From Polyangiales bacterium (lineage in GTDB: Bacteria; Myxococcota_A; Polyangia; Polyangiales; Polyangiaceae), in assembly GCA_038230375.1 (NCBI GenBank), contig JBBRNJ010000023.1, positions 42,452 to 106,451 of the forward strand: a DNA stretch of 64,000 bases. The letters run 5' to 3'. Each line of letters begins with the position of its first letter. Within the stretch, counting starts at the first letter, position 1. Made by a program: the position numbers and the translations under genes. The notes beneath the pieces were generated by a model. It did not search any database. It was not told the origin of the DNA and saw only the letters and a program-made list of their open reading frames with translations. This document shows positions 28,631 through 38,217 of this stretch, one piece after another.

Positions 28631-30763
28631 ATGGGGACGACGCACACGCGCGCTTGCAACCTGTGCGAGGCCATCTGCGGCCTCGTCATCGAGGAAGAGC
28701 ACGGACGGGTCTCTTCGATCCGAGCGGACGCGAAGGACCCGCTGTCGCGCGGGCACATCTGTCCAAAGGCCATGGCGCTGAAGGACATCCACGAGGATCC
28801 GGACAGGCTCACGCTCCCGCGGCGCCGCACCGAGGCGGGCTGGGAGGAGCTGTCGTGGGACGACGCCCTCGACCTCACCGCGCAGAGGCTCCACGAGATC
28901 GCGAGCGCTCACGGACCCGACGCTGTGGCGACCTACCTGGGCAACCCGAACGTGCACAACCTTGGGTCCATGACCCACGGCTCGCGCATGCTGGGGCCGC
29001 TGCGCACGAAGAACCGCTTCTCCGCGACGTCGGTCGATCAGCTTCCTCACCAGCTGCTCGCGTACCTGATGTACGGGCACCAGCTGCTCGTGCCGATCCC
29101 GGACGTGGATCGCACGGACTACTTCCTGGTGCTTGGCGCCAATCCGCTCGCGTCCAACGGCTCACTCATGACAGTGCCGGATTTCCCCGGACGTATGAAG
29201 GAGCTCTATGCGCGCGGCGGCAAGATGGTCGTGCTGGATCCGCGCCGCACCGAGACGGCGAAGGAGGCGACAGAGCACCACTTCATCAGGCCTGGCGCGG
29301 ACGCGGCGTTCTTGCTCGCGCTGCTCTCCATCATCGTGGGCGAGGGCCTCGCGCGCCCCGGACCACTCGCCGCGATGACGACCGGCCTCGACGCCGCGCA
29401 GGACGCGCTCCGCGGATTGCCGCAGGCCGCGCTCATGGACGCGTGCGGCCTTGCACGTTCGACTGTGGAGCGCATCGCGCGGGAGCTCGCGTCCGCAAAG
29501 CGCGCTGCGGTGTATGGACGCATGGGTGTCTCGGTCACGCGATGGGGCACGCTCTCGCAGTGGGCGATCCAGCTCCTCAACATCCTGACGGGCAATCTTG
29601 ATCGTCCCGGAGGAGTGCTGTTCACGACACCCGCGATCGATCTGGTGCACGGCCCTGCGTCACGTCCCGGCCACTTCGGCCGCTGGAAGAGCCGCGTGCG
29701 CGCCCTGCCGGAGTTTGCAGGCGAGCTGCCCGTGGCCGCGCTCGCGGAGGAGATCACGACGCCCGGCGACAGGCAGGTGCGCGCGCTCGTCACGGTGGCG
29801 GGCAATCCCGTGCTCTCCACGCCGAACGGCAAGAACCTCTCGCGCGCGCTCGACGGTCTGGCGTTCATGGCATCCGTGGATTTCTACGTGAACGAGACCA
29901 CGCGTCACGCCCACGTGATCCTGCCGCCCACGTGCACGCTGGAGCACGATCACTACGATCTGATCTTCCACGTGTTCGCGGTCCGCAACACAGCGCGGTA
30001 CAGCCCCGCGCTGTTTCCGCGCGGAGAACACGCGCGGCACGACTTCGAGATCTTCGAGGGCCTCGGGCAGCGTCTCGCGGCGAAGATGGGAAAGAGCTGG
30101 GAGCCGTTCCCGGACCCCACGCAGGTGGTCGATCTGGGCCTCCGCTTCGGACCCTACGGCGTGAGCCGCACCGACGGCGCGCCCCCGCTCGATCTCGAGT
30201 CGCTCTCCAGGGAGCCGCACGGTGTGGACCTGGGGCCCCTCATGCCAGGCCTTCCCGCGCGCCTCTTCCACGCCGACAAGAAGATCGTCGCGATGCCCGA
30301 GCTGCTCCGCGACGAGCTCCACCGCTTCACAGGCGAGGTCACGGAGAACAGCGCGGGCGCCGAGCCAGTGAGGGCCGACTCGCTGTTGCTCATCGGGCGA
30401 CGCCACGTGCGGTCGAACAACTCGTGGCTGCACAACGCTCAGCGCCTGATGAAGGGACCCACGCGCCACGAGCTCCTCATGCACCCGGATGACGCGAGCA
30501 CGCGTGGCCTCGCGAGCGGCGCGCGGGTGCGCGTTCGCTCACGCACCGGAGACGTCACGGTGGACATGCACACCACGGACGACATGATGAAGGGCGTGGT
30601 CAGCCTTCCGCATGGCTTCGGTCATGACCGTGCGGGCGCGCGCCTCTCCATCGCGTCCGCCTATCCCGGCGCCAGCAACAACGACCTCACCGACGAGACC
30701 TCGCTCGACCTTTCCGGGAACGCCGCACTGAACGGTGTGCCCGTGACGGTCGAACCAGCGTAA
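28631..30763 (+). CDS. Molybdopterin-dependent oxidoreductase (DMSO reductase family)
   Basis: CNLCEAICG..CPK [4Fe-4S] site, GANPLASNGS, DPRRTETA, RSNNSW, MHPDDA, SLPHGFGH; no Tat motif seen. Confidence 0.92.
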   Translation: MGTTHTRACNLCEAICGLVIEEEHGRVSSIRADAKDPLSRGHICPKAMALKDIHEDPDRLTLPRRRTEAGWEELSWDDALDLTAQRLHEIASAHGPDAVATYLGNPNVHNLGSMTHGSRMLGPLRTKNRFSATSVDQLPHQLLAYLMYGHQLLVPIPDVDRTDYFLVLGANPLASNGSLMTVPDFPGRMKELYARGGKMVVLDPRRTETAKEATEHHFIRPGADAAFLLALLSIIVGEGLARPGPLAAMTTGLDAAQDALRGLPQAALMDACGLARSTVERIARELASAKRAAVYGRMGVSVTRWGTLSQWAIQLLNILTGNLDRPGGVLFTTPAIDLVHGPASRPGHFGRWKSRVRALPEFAGELPVAALAEEITTPGDRQVRALVTVAGNPVLSTPNGKNLSRALDGLAFMASVDFYVNETTRHAHVILPPTCTLEHDHYDLIFHVFAVRNTARYSPALFPRGEHARHDFEIFEGLGQRLAAKMGKSWEPFPDPTQVVDLGLRFGPYGVSRTDGAPPLDLESLSREPHGVDLGPLMPGLPARLFHADKKIVAMPELLRDELHRFTGEVTENSAGAEPVRADSLLLIGRRHVRSNNSWLHNAQRLMKGPTRHELLMHPDDASTRGLASGARVRVRSRTGDVTVDMHTTDDMMKGVVSLPHGFGHDRAGARLSIASAYPGASNNDLTDETSLDLSGNAALNGVPVTVEPA

Positions 30764-30787
30764 GAGCCGGTTCGACGAAAGCCCGCG

Positions 30788-31576
30788 TCAGCGCTCGATC
30801 GTGACGGACTCGATCGTGACGGGCTGGTTGGGCCGATCCGCCGCGCCAACGGGCACATCCGCGATCGCGTGGAGGACGGTGAGCGGCTCGCACGAGCCGA
30901 AGATGGTGTACGCAGTCTTGCCGCGATCGAGATGCGGCGTGTTGGCGTCCGTGATGAAGAACTGCATGCCGTTCGTGTCCGGTCCGCGGTTCGCCATGCA
31001 GAGAAGGCCCGCGCGATCGTGCGTGGCGCCGGACCAGCGTTCGTCCTTGATGGTGTAGCCAGGCTCTCCGGTGCCGGTGCCGGTTGGGTCGCCGCCCTGG
31101 ATCATGAAGCCCTTGATGACCCGGTGGAACGAAGTGTTGTCGTACGCAGGCCGCAGGATCCACGCACCATCGGGGTTCTTCCACGGCCGCTTGCCGCGAG
31201 CGAGGCCGACGAAGTTCGCCACGGACTTCGGTGCATGCTCCGCGTCGAGCTTGCACGTCATCGCGCCCATGTTCGTCTTGATGGTCGCGGTCAGCTGCCC
31301 GGACCCGGGAAGACCAGCGGTGGCCTGCGAGAGAGAGAAGTGACCGTTCGCGGGATCACGTGTCGCGCCGGCGATCGTCGCATCGGTGAACTCAGGCCCG
31401 TCCGCAACCCTCGGCGTGTCCTTCTTCGTGGGCTCACCGCTGGCCACCGGCACGACGCCATCGCCCACGGCGGGCTCCGGCGCCGGCTCCACGATCGGTG
31501 CAGCGACTGGAGGAGGCTGAGCCTCGAGACATCCACCAAGAAGAACGGCAGCCGAAATGAAGAGGAAACGACGCAT
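30788..31576 (-). CDS. Cyclophilin-type peptidyl-prolyl isomerase lipoprotein
   Basis: Lipobox LGGC; APKSVANF, FHRVIKGFMIQGGDP, MANRGPDTNGMQFFIT, YTIFG. Confidence 0.93.
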   Translation of the reverse strand: MRRFLFISAAVLLGGCLEAQPPPVAAPIVEPAPEPAVGDGVVPVASGEPTKKDTPRVADGPEFTDATIAGATRDPANGHFSLSQATAGLPGSGQLTATIKTNMGAMTCKLDAEHAPKSVANFVGLARGKRPWKNPDGAWILRPAYDNTSFHRVIKGFMIQGGDPTGTGTGEPGYTIKDERWSGATHDRAGLLCMANRGPDTNGMQFFITDANTPHLDRGKTAYTIFGSCEPLTVLHAIADVPVGAADRPNQPVTIESVTIER

Positions 31577-31603
31577 CGACGCAAACCTATCACCGTCGTC
31601 GAC

Positions 31604-31653
31604 GAAGTCGAAGTCGAAGTCGAAGTCGAAGTCGAGGTCGAGGGTCGAGGGTC
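31604..31653. repeat. Intergenic simple repeat (GAAGTC)x5, GAGGTC, (GAGGGTC)x2
   Basis: Directly visible between the DUF1554-like gene stop and the PPIase promoter region. Confidence 0.9.
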
Positions 31654-31654
31654 G

Positions 31655-32350
31655 TCAGTTCTGGAAGCAGATCAGCGGCGCCTTCGCGTCGCAGTCGATC
31701 GGGCTCCCGCCTCCGCCCCAGCCCTGATCTTGCTGCGCGCTCGCCGTGCTGCCGACCGCCGTCGTCGCTGCGCTCCCCCAGCCGCCGCAGTCGTAGCCCG
31801 TCGGCTTCGCGCCCTCGTCGACGCCCGTCCACGGCGCGCTCTTGCCGGTCCACTGCGGGTAGTTGCCTGCCTCGTCCGACAAGAAGCCCTCCGGGACGGT
31901 GAGGAGGTTCGCGCGGTTCTTGAAGATCTCCTCGCCAAGGACGTTCGACCACGGGCCCGTCGCCGTGAGGCGTGCAGTCGGGCTGGTCGTGCCGTCGGCG
32001 ATCCACGCGACCCACGTGCCGCCGAGCTCCTTCGAGTCAGCGACGGTCTGGCAGTGCGCATCGGCGCCGGTCGCGCCGCCCATGTTGCCGTTGTAGACCG
32101 TCGACGTGACGAACACGCGGTGCCCCGTCGTCGTGGTCGTGCCGCCGCCGGTGGTTCCGCCGGAGCCAGTGCCGTTCCCGCTCGCGCCGCTGCCACCACC
32201 GGACGTGGTGCCGCCGCCGCTGCTCGGATCACCAGAGACGGTGCCGCCACCACCGGACCGCTGCCCGGGCGAGGGGGTGGGCTCGCTCTTGATGTAGCAG
32301 CCAGCAAGAAGAGGAAGAACAAGGAGCGCAAAAGAGGTCGAGCGGTTCAT
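31655..32350 (-). CDS. DUF1554-like lipoprotein
   Basis: Lipobox LAGC; Gly/Thr linker; RVFVTS..GNMGG..ADAHC..WVAWI..WTG..LICFQ. Confidence 0.75.
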   Translation of the reverse strand: MNRSTSFALLVLPLLAGCYIKSEPTPSPGQRSGGGGTVSGDPSSGGGTTSGGGSGASGNGTGSGGTTGGGTTTTTGHRVFVTSTVYNGNMGGATGADAHCQTVADSKELGGTWVAWIADGTTSPTARLTATGPWSNVLGEEIFKNRANLLTVPEGFLSDEAGNYPQWTGKSAPWTGVDEGAKPTGYDCGGWGSAATTAVGSTASAQQDQGWGGGGSPIDCDAKAPLICFQN

Positions 32351-32365
32351 CGTGGTCGGCGCATT

Positions 32366-32381
32366 CGCAACCATCGTGCCA
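32366..32381 (-). promoter_or_regulatory. Sigma54-type promoter TGGCACGATGGTTGCG
   Basis: Near-consensus TGGCACG-N4-TTGC on the minus strand, 16 nt before ATG 32350. Confidence 0.75.
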
Positions 32382-32466
32382 GCGGAATTCCTGCGCGATC
32401 CGCGCCTGATCTGGGCGCGCTGGTGGCAGTCGAGAACTGCGGTTCACGGCCGCGACCTTCCCGGGT

Positions 32467-33654
32467 TCACGCCGTGTCGAGGACGAACGAGACGGCGGCG
32501 CCACCGAGCACGAGCCACACGGACGCGACCTTGAAGCGAACATGGAGCACAGCGGCGACGACGCCGATCGCAAGCGTCGGCCCATCGACAAGAGCCGCAC
32601 GCGCCAGGCCAAGGGTGGCGACGATCATGAGTGAGACGGCAGCGACGTTGGCTCCGTCCAGGAACCCGGCGAGTATGGGTGAGCTGCGCATCCGCGCAAG
32701 CAGAGGACGCGTGACCGCCACCAGCACGAAGCCCGGGAAGAAGATGCCTATCGTGGCGAGCGCCGCGCCCTTCGCCCCGAAGAGCAAGTAGCCAATGAAC
32801 GTGGCGGTGGTGAAGACGGGCCCCGGCGTGAGCTGTCCAACGGCGACGGCATCGAGGAGCTGCGACTCCGTCAGCCAGTGTCGCGTGAGTACGAAGTCGC
32901 CTCGCAAGAATGCCACCAGGACGTAGCCACCGCCGAACGACACTGCGCCGATCTTGAGGAACGAGAGGAGCACGCCCATCGCGCTCGGTGCCGCGACCAC
33001 GTCCGCGCCGCTCTCCATGCCGAGCGCCCGCGCTGCTCCGGTGAGCTCCAGCATCCACGCAGCACGTGCGTCCGGTCCTCTTCTTGTGAGCGCGCGCCAC
33101 GCGATCGTCGCCATCCCCGAGGAGAGCAAGACGACGAGAGGCGAGACCCCACACCACGCTCCCGCCACCGCCGCCGCACCGACAAGGCCCAGAACCCACG
33201 ATCGCTGCACTGCCTTCGGGAGCAGCTTGGCGATCGCGTACGCCACCACCGCGATCACGACGGGCTTCACTCCTCGCAGAACACCGGCCAGCTCCGGCCG
33301 CGTGCCCCAATGTAGGTAACCCCACGCCAGTAGCCCCGTCAGAACGGCGGACGGCAAGATGAAGCAGACGCCGGCCACGACAAGGCCAGGGAGGCCCGCG
33401 CGCTCGAACCCGAGGAAGATCCCGAGCTCCGTCGAGCCCGGACCAGGGATCAGGTTGGATGCGCCGAACAGATCGAGGAACCGCTCCGGCGTCACCCACC
33501 GTCGCTTGCGGACAAGCTCCTCCTCCATCATCGCGACGTGCACTGCTGGCCCGCCAAATGCAGTCAGCCCGAGGACCAAGAAGACCCTACCGACCTCGGC
33601 CAATACTGCGAGCTTGGAGGAGGTTGCCCCCTGTTCTGACGACACAAGTTTCAT
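32467..33654 (-). CDS. chrA: Chromate efflux transporter (long-chain CHR)
   Basis: Two homologous halves: AFGGPAVH..IPGPGS and SFGGGY..TPGPVF. Confidence 0.88.
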   Translation of the reverse strand: MKLVSSEQGATSSKLAVLAEVGRVFLVLGLTAFGGPAVHVAMMEEELVRKRRWVTPERFLDLFGASNLIPGPGSTELGIFLGFERAGLPGLVVAGVCFILPSAVLTGLLAWGYLHWGTRPELAGVLRGVKPVVIAVVAYAIAKLLPKAVQRSWVLGLVGAAAVAGAWCGVSPLVVLLSSGMATIAWRALTRRGPDARAAWMLELTGAARALGMESGADVVAAPSAMGVLLSFLKIGAVSFGGGYVLVAFLRGDFVLTRHWLTESQLLDAVAVGQLTPGPVFTTATFIGYLLFGAKGAALATIGIFFPGFVLVAVTRPLLARMRSSPILAGFLDGANVAAVSLMIVATLGLARAALVDGPTLAIGVVAAVLHVRFKVASVWLVLGGAAVSFVLDTA

Positions 33655-33727
33655 GAACGCACGGGCCGAGACGCGCTACTCTTATCTACTGGTCTACTTC
33701 GACTCCGCCCACACCAAAGGAGGCTTG

Positions 33728-35875
33728 ATGCTTCGTATCCGACCGCTGCTTGTGTGTACCGCCACCCTGGGAATCCTCGTCGCCGCATGTAGCGGTGGCT
33801 CCGAAGGCAACGGAGGCACCGACGACGGTGGAACGGTGGATGGAACTGACAGCGGCGGCGGCGGTGGTGGTCCCGACGGCAGCGCCGCTGGCAAGGATGG
33901 TGGTAGCGCCAGCAACAAGGACGCGGGGCCTGGCGGGTGCTCCCCCAGCTGCGCGGCGGGGCAGGCGTGCAAGGCCGACACTGACTGTACGAGCAAGGCG
34001 TGTGGCGTTGACGGCAAGTGCGCGACGGGCGCGACGGATGGCAAGAAGGACTTCGGCGAGAGCGACATCGACTGCGGCGGCGCGACCACCGACATGGCGT
34101 CCAAGTGCGCGCTCGGCAAGACGTGCGCGAACAACGTGGACTGCTTGAATGCCAACTGCGGCACCGGCAAGACGTGCTCCACGCCGGGTGCGTCCGACGG
34201 CATCCAGGACTTCGGCGAGAGCGACATCGACTGCGGCGGCAACACGACCGACGGCGCGCCCAAGTGCGCCAACACGAAGATGTGCGTACTGGACAACGAC
34301 TGCACGAGCGCTGCATGCAGCGTCGGCGGTGTGTGCTCCAGCGGCGCAACGGACGGCAAGAAGGACTTCGGCGAGAGCGCGATCGACTGCGGCGGCAACA
34401 GCTCGGACATGGCGCCCACGTGTGACGTAGGCTTCGCGTGCGTGCTGAACAACGACTGCACGAGCACCTACTGCAGTGTGGGCCTCCTCTGCGTCGCCAA
34501 TGGCTATTCGGATGGCAAGAAGGACTTTGGCGAGAGCGACATCGACTGCGGCGGTCACTCGCTCGACGGCGCGCCGACATGCATAGACGGATTGGTCTGC
34601 GTGGACGGAACGGACTGCCAGTCGGCGTACTGCAACCCGTTGAAGAAGTGCGCCACGCCGACGAACAACGACGGCTACAAGAACGGCACCGAGACCGACG
34701 TCGACTGCGGCGGCGGCGCGCCCACGAACGCTCCAGCGTGCCCCACAGGTGGGGTCTGCCTGGTCGGCACCGACTGCGGGTCTGGGGGCTGTACCTACAA
34801 GGGCAAGTGCGCGGACGCGATCTCCTGCACCGGCCAGCACGGCGGCGACACCTGCGGCCCGGCGGGGAACGAGAGCTGCTGCGTGACCACGGTCGTCGCT
34901 GGCTTGCCGCAGACGACAACACACGGCGGTCCGGTCGTCGCTACCACGTCGATCGACAAGTACAACATCACCGCGGGGCGCATGCGCGCGTTCGTCACGT
35001 TCACGAACGGCGACATGCGCACCTGGATCTCGAACCACACCCCGGCATGGTGGAACCCGGCATGGACCGCGTTCCTGCCTGACAAGATGGACAGCGGCAA
35101 CTACGGCACGCCCAACGTGGGCGACGGCGTCTATCAGGAGTTCGGACCCTACGTTCACCCGCCCGGAGCGGTTGGCGCGAACGAGGGTTGCTTCATCAAC
35201 GGCAACGGCGCGCGCAGCTATCGCATCCCTGATGCGATCAACACGGCGTTCGGCGACAAGCAGTACTGGACGCAGGCGTTCGACGACGAACGCTCCATGA
35301 ACTGCGTCGAGTCGTACGTCACCGCCGCATTCTGCGCGTGGGACGGTGGACACCTACCGACGCTCGAGCAGATCGACTTCCTCTGGTTGGGCAGCAAGCC
35401 ATGGGGCAATCCCGCGGGCGGCGCACCGCCGGGCCTCGGCAATCCTGCCGGCTACCTGTTCGCCTACGACTCCAACCCCAACGGCGGTGCCGGTTACACG
35501 GAGTCGTATGGCGCCTACCAGTCGGGGCCGAACGTCGTCGGCCCGCTCGCGGGCGACAACCTCACGAACCTCGGTTGGGCGAACTACAACTACAACTACT
35601 GGGGCGGCTTCACGCGCAACAGCGGTTCGAATCCGGACTACACCATCTACATCGCGCCGCCGGGGCGGTTCCCGAACGGCAACGGCAAGGCCGGCATCGC
35701 TGACCTTGGCGGCAACGTCTTCAACGCGCTGAACATCAGCGGATCGAACAACTGCTGGTCGCGCTCGGGCTCGTGGCAGGGCCACCCCATCCCGTTCTCT
35801 GGCGCAGGCTCCTGCGGCGTGAACGTCCTTGGAACGAACAAGTACTGGGCGCAGGGCGGTCGCTGCGCGCGCTGA
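33728..35875 (+). CDS. Lipoprotein with five Cys-rich ExDxDCGG repeats and a C-terminal FGE/SUMF1-like domain
   Basis: AAGGAGG RBS; lipobox VAAC; repeats DGKKDFGESDIDCGG; IDKYNIT.GR, NCV..AFCAWDGGHLPT, DLGGNV, GGRCAR. Confidence 0.78.
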   Translation: MLRIRPLLVCTATLGILVAACSGGSEGNGGTDDGGTVDGTDSGGGGGGPDGSAAGKDGGSASNKDAGPGGCSPSCAAGQACKADTDCTSKACGVDGKCATGATDGKKDFGESDIDCGGATTDMASKCALGKTCANNVDCLNANCGTGKTCSTPGASDGIQDFGESDIDCGGNTTDGAPKCANTKMCVLDNDCTSAACSVGGVCSSGATDGKKDFGESAIDCGGNSSDMAPTCDVGFACVLNNDCTSTYCSVGLLCVANGYSDGKKDFGESDIDCGGHSLDGAPTCIDGLVCVDGTDCQSAYCNPLKKCATPTNNDGYKNGTETDVDCGGGAPTNAPACPTGGVCLVGTDCGSGGCTYKGKCADAISCTGQHGGDTCGPAGNESCCVTTVVAGLPQTTTHGGPVVATTSIDKYNITAGRMRAFVTFTNGDMRTWISNHTPAWWNPAWTAFLPDKMDSGNYGTPNVGDGVYQEFGPYVHPPGAVGANEGCFINGNGARSYRIPDAINTAFGDKQYWTQAFDDERSMNCVESYVTAAFCAWDGGHLPTLEQIDFLWLGSKPWGNPAGGAPPGLGNPAGYLFAYDSNPNGGAGYTESYGAYQSGPNVVGPLAGDNLTNLGWANYNYNYWGGFTRNSGSNPDYTIYIAPPGRFPNGNGKAGIADLGGNVFNALNISGSNNCWSRSGSWQGHPIPFSGAGSCGVNVLGTNKYWAQGGRCAR
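34048..34714 (+). repeat. Five intragenic repeats, period 156-159 bp, core GGACTTCGGCGAGAGCGACATCGACTGCGGCGG
   Basis: Cores start at 34048, 34207, 34363 and 34522, with a diverged copy at ~34681. Confidence 0.85.
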
Positions 35876-35914
35876 GGGTTTGATGCTCACGGCGTTGTGG
35901 GGTAGACGGGCGCG

Positions 35915-37168
35915 ATGCCGCACGTCGTCTTCATCGCGCCGCGTTTCGCCGAGAACACGAATCGTTATGTTGCTGCCTTCGCTTCGCTTGCGAGCGAGGG
36001 CGTGCGCACCAGCGTCGTGAGCGGAGACCCCGACACGGCGATCCCCACTGCGTTGCGACCGCACCTCGCTGCGCACTATCGCGTGAACGATCCGATGAAC
36101 GCGGCGGACATCACGACCGCGGTGCGCGCCATCGCGCGAGGGGTGGGCCCCGTGGACCGCTTGACCGGCGCGCTCGAGCAGCTGCAGATGCCACTGGCCG
36201 AGGTGCGCGCGGCGCTCGATATCGAAGGCATGCTTCCGGAGATCGCGCGCCGCTTCCGCGACAAGGACCGCATGAAGGAGGTGCTGCGTGCGCGTGGTGT
36301 ACCTGTCGCGCGGAGCCTGCTCGTGGGCTCCAAGGATGGGCTGCGCACCGCGCTCTCCGAGCTCGGCTATCCAGCCATTGTGAAGCCGCAGGCTGGACTC
36401 GGCGCTCGCTCCACGTTTCGTGTGGCGCACGAAGCAGATGTGGACGCGCTCTTCGCGCAAGGAATTGTCCCATCCACGGACATTCCCCTCCAGGTGGAGG
36501 AGTTCATTCGCGCGCGCGAACACACGTGCGAAACTGTCACTGTGCGGGGCGTTCCGGTGTGGCGTTCGGGTACCCGCTACCTGCCGTCCCCGCTCGAGAC
36601 ACTGGAGAATCCGTGGATGCAGTATTGCGTCCTCCTGCCGCGCGAGGAAGAAGAGACGGAATGGACACGCTTCCACGACACGAACAGCGCGGCACTGGCT
36701 GCGCTCTTCGGCGACGCGGCGAATACCGCGGCGGGGACCGCGCTCACGCACATGGAGTGGTTCCTGCGTGAGGACGGCAGCTCCCTCGTGAACGAGGTGG
36801 GCGCAAGACCACCGGGAGTCGGGATCATGCCGCTGATGAGCATCGCATATGACACGAGCTTCTTCGCCGTATGGGCGCGGCTCATAGCAAAAGACGAGTT
36901 CGTTCCCCGCAAGCGCGTCCGTGCTGCAGGCGCTGCGTTCTTCCGCGGGCAGGGGCAGGGGACGCGGATCGCGTCCGTGAAGGGAATCGAGCGTGCCGTG
37001 GCAGACGCAGGGGACGCGCTCGTGGAGATGCGCTCGCCAAAGGTGGGGCAGCCGCGCGCGGATGGCTACGAGGGCGAGGGCTACGCGTACGTCCGATCCG
37101 AGACAACCGAAGGCGCGAAGGAGGCACTGCTCGCGCTGGTCCAGAACGTGCGCATCGTATACTCCTGA
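35915..37168 (+). CDS. ATP-grasp domain protein
   Basis: FRDKDRMK, GYPAIVKPQAGLGA, VEEFI, HMEWF, NEVGARPPG. Confidence 0.85.
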   Translation: MPHVVFIAPRFAENTNRYVAAFASLASEGVRTSVVSGDPDTAIPTALRPHLAAHYRVNDPMNAADITTAVRAIARGVGPVDRLTGALEQLQMPLAEVRAALDIEGMLPEIARRFRDKDRMKEVLRARGVPVARSLLVGSKDGLRTALSELGYPAIVKPQAGLGARSTFRVAHEADVDALFAQGIVPSTDIPLQVEEFIRAREHTCETVTVRGVPVWRSGTRYLPSPLETLENPWMQYCVLLPREEEETEWTRFHDTNSAALAALFGDAANTAAGTALTHMEWFLREDGSSLVNEVGARPPGVGIMPLMSIAYDTSFFAVWARLIAKDEFVPRKRVRAAGAAFFRGQGQGTRIASVKGIERAVADAGDALVEMRSPKVGQPRADGYEGEGYAYVRSETTEGAKEALLALVQNVRIVYS

Positions 37169-37173
37169 CCCCC

Positions 37174-38217
37174 TTGCGCCTCCTCCTCCCGCTCCGTCCA
37201 CGACGCGCGCTCGCGTCGCTCGTTTCTCTCGGTCTCCTCGCCGCGCCTGCGCTTGCACGCGCAGATTCGGAGCCGGCGCGCGTGGCGCAGATCGACGTGA
37301 GCCCAAAGGTCACGCCGCTTCCATCATCGAAGGGGCCGACTCCAAACACCGCCCCGGGCGAGTCGCCGCCGGTACCGGATCCGAGCTTGGCCGTCCTCGG
37401 TGGTACGCCGCAGAACCCGGACTTCGCCGTGAAGCCGCTGTTCTGGAAATGGCGCCGCTTCGGCACGGCGGACTACGTGGTGACCGCGAGCGCGGGCGCG
37501 ATCACGCTGGCCGCCGCAATCTTTCGGCCACTCCCGAGCCACTCGCTCCAGGGCCCGGTCCTCTTCGACCGTCAGGTGCGCGACTCGCTCCGCCCCACCG
37601 CATCCCAGATCCGGTACACGTTCCGTGACGCCAGTGACGTCGGGCTCTCACTCGAGGCCACGTGGCCGTTCTTCATCGATTCACTGATGACGGCGTGGTG
37701 GTACCGCGGCAGCCGCGATGCGGCCCAGGAGATGGCGCTGCTCAGCCTCGAGACGCTGGCCATCGCTGGCGCGCTCCAGGGCGCCACCAACGTCCTCGTG
37801 AGCCGTGAACGCCCCTACGGCGTGAACTGCGGAACGTCGGAGCTGCCGAGCACCTCCAGCGACTGCCAGTCGCCCAGCCATTACCGCAGCTTCTTCAGTG
37901 GCCACGCCACGTTCGGGTTCACGACCGCCGCGCTGATCTGCATGAATCACGAGAAGAACGAGCTCCTCGGCGAGCCTTGGGACGCCATCAGCTGCGGCGG
38001 CGGCTACGCGGCGGCGGCGATGACGTCGGCGTTCCGCGTGGTCAGTGACATGCACTATACAACTGACGTCCTGACCGGGGCCATCATCGGAACGATGGTG
38101 GGCTATGGAGTGCCGTGGCTTCACTACAAGCGCGTTGACTTTGGCGTGCACGCCGGAGCCGTGCAGATGAGCCTCTTCCCCACCACCAACGGCGCGGGCC
38201 TCGTGGGGTCATTCTGA
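37174..38217 (+). CDS. Exported PAP2 family phosphatase-like protein
   Basis: Signal peptide ..APALARA-D; RERP, SFFSGH, RVVSDMHYTTDV; start codon uncertain. Confidence 0.82.
   Translation: MRLLLPLRPRRALASLVSLGLLAAPALARADSEPARVAQIDVSPKVTPLPSSKGPTPNTAPGESPPVPDPSLAVLGGTPQNPDFAVKPLFWKWRRFGTADYVVTASAGAITLAAAIFRPLPSHSLQGPVLFDRQVRDSLRPTASQIRYTFRDASDVGLSLEATWPFFIDSLMTAWWYRGSRDAAQEMALLSLETLAIAGALQGATNVLVSRERPYGVNCGTSELPSTSSDCQSPSHYRSFFSGHATFGFTTAALICMNHEKNELLGEPWDAISCGGGYAAAAMTSAFRVVSDMHYTTDVLTGAIIGTMVGYGVPWLHYKRVDFGVHAGAVQMSLFPTTNGAGLVGSF

Noticed and set aside
31604..31653. Possible CRISPR or iteron array
   Set aside because: Units are 6-7 bp with no spacers, and no cas or rep genes are present.
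34048..34714. Regularly spaced ~33-bp repeats resembling CRISPR
   Set aside because: The period is 156-159 bp, in frame, and the intervening sequences encode similar Cys patterns; these are protein repeats.
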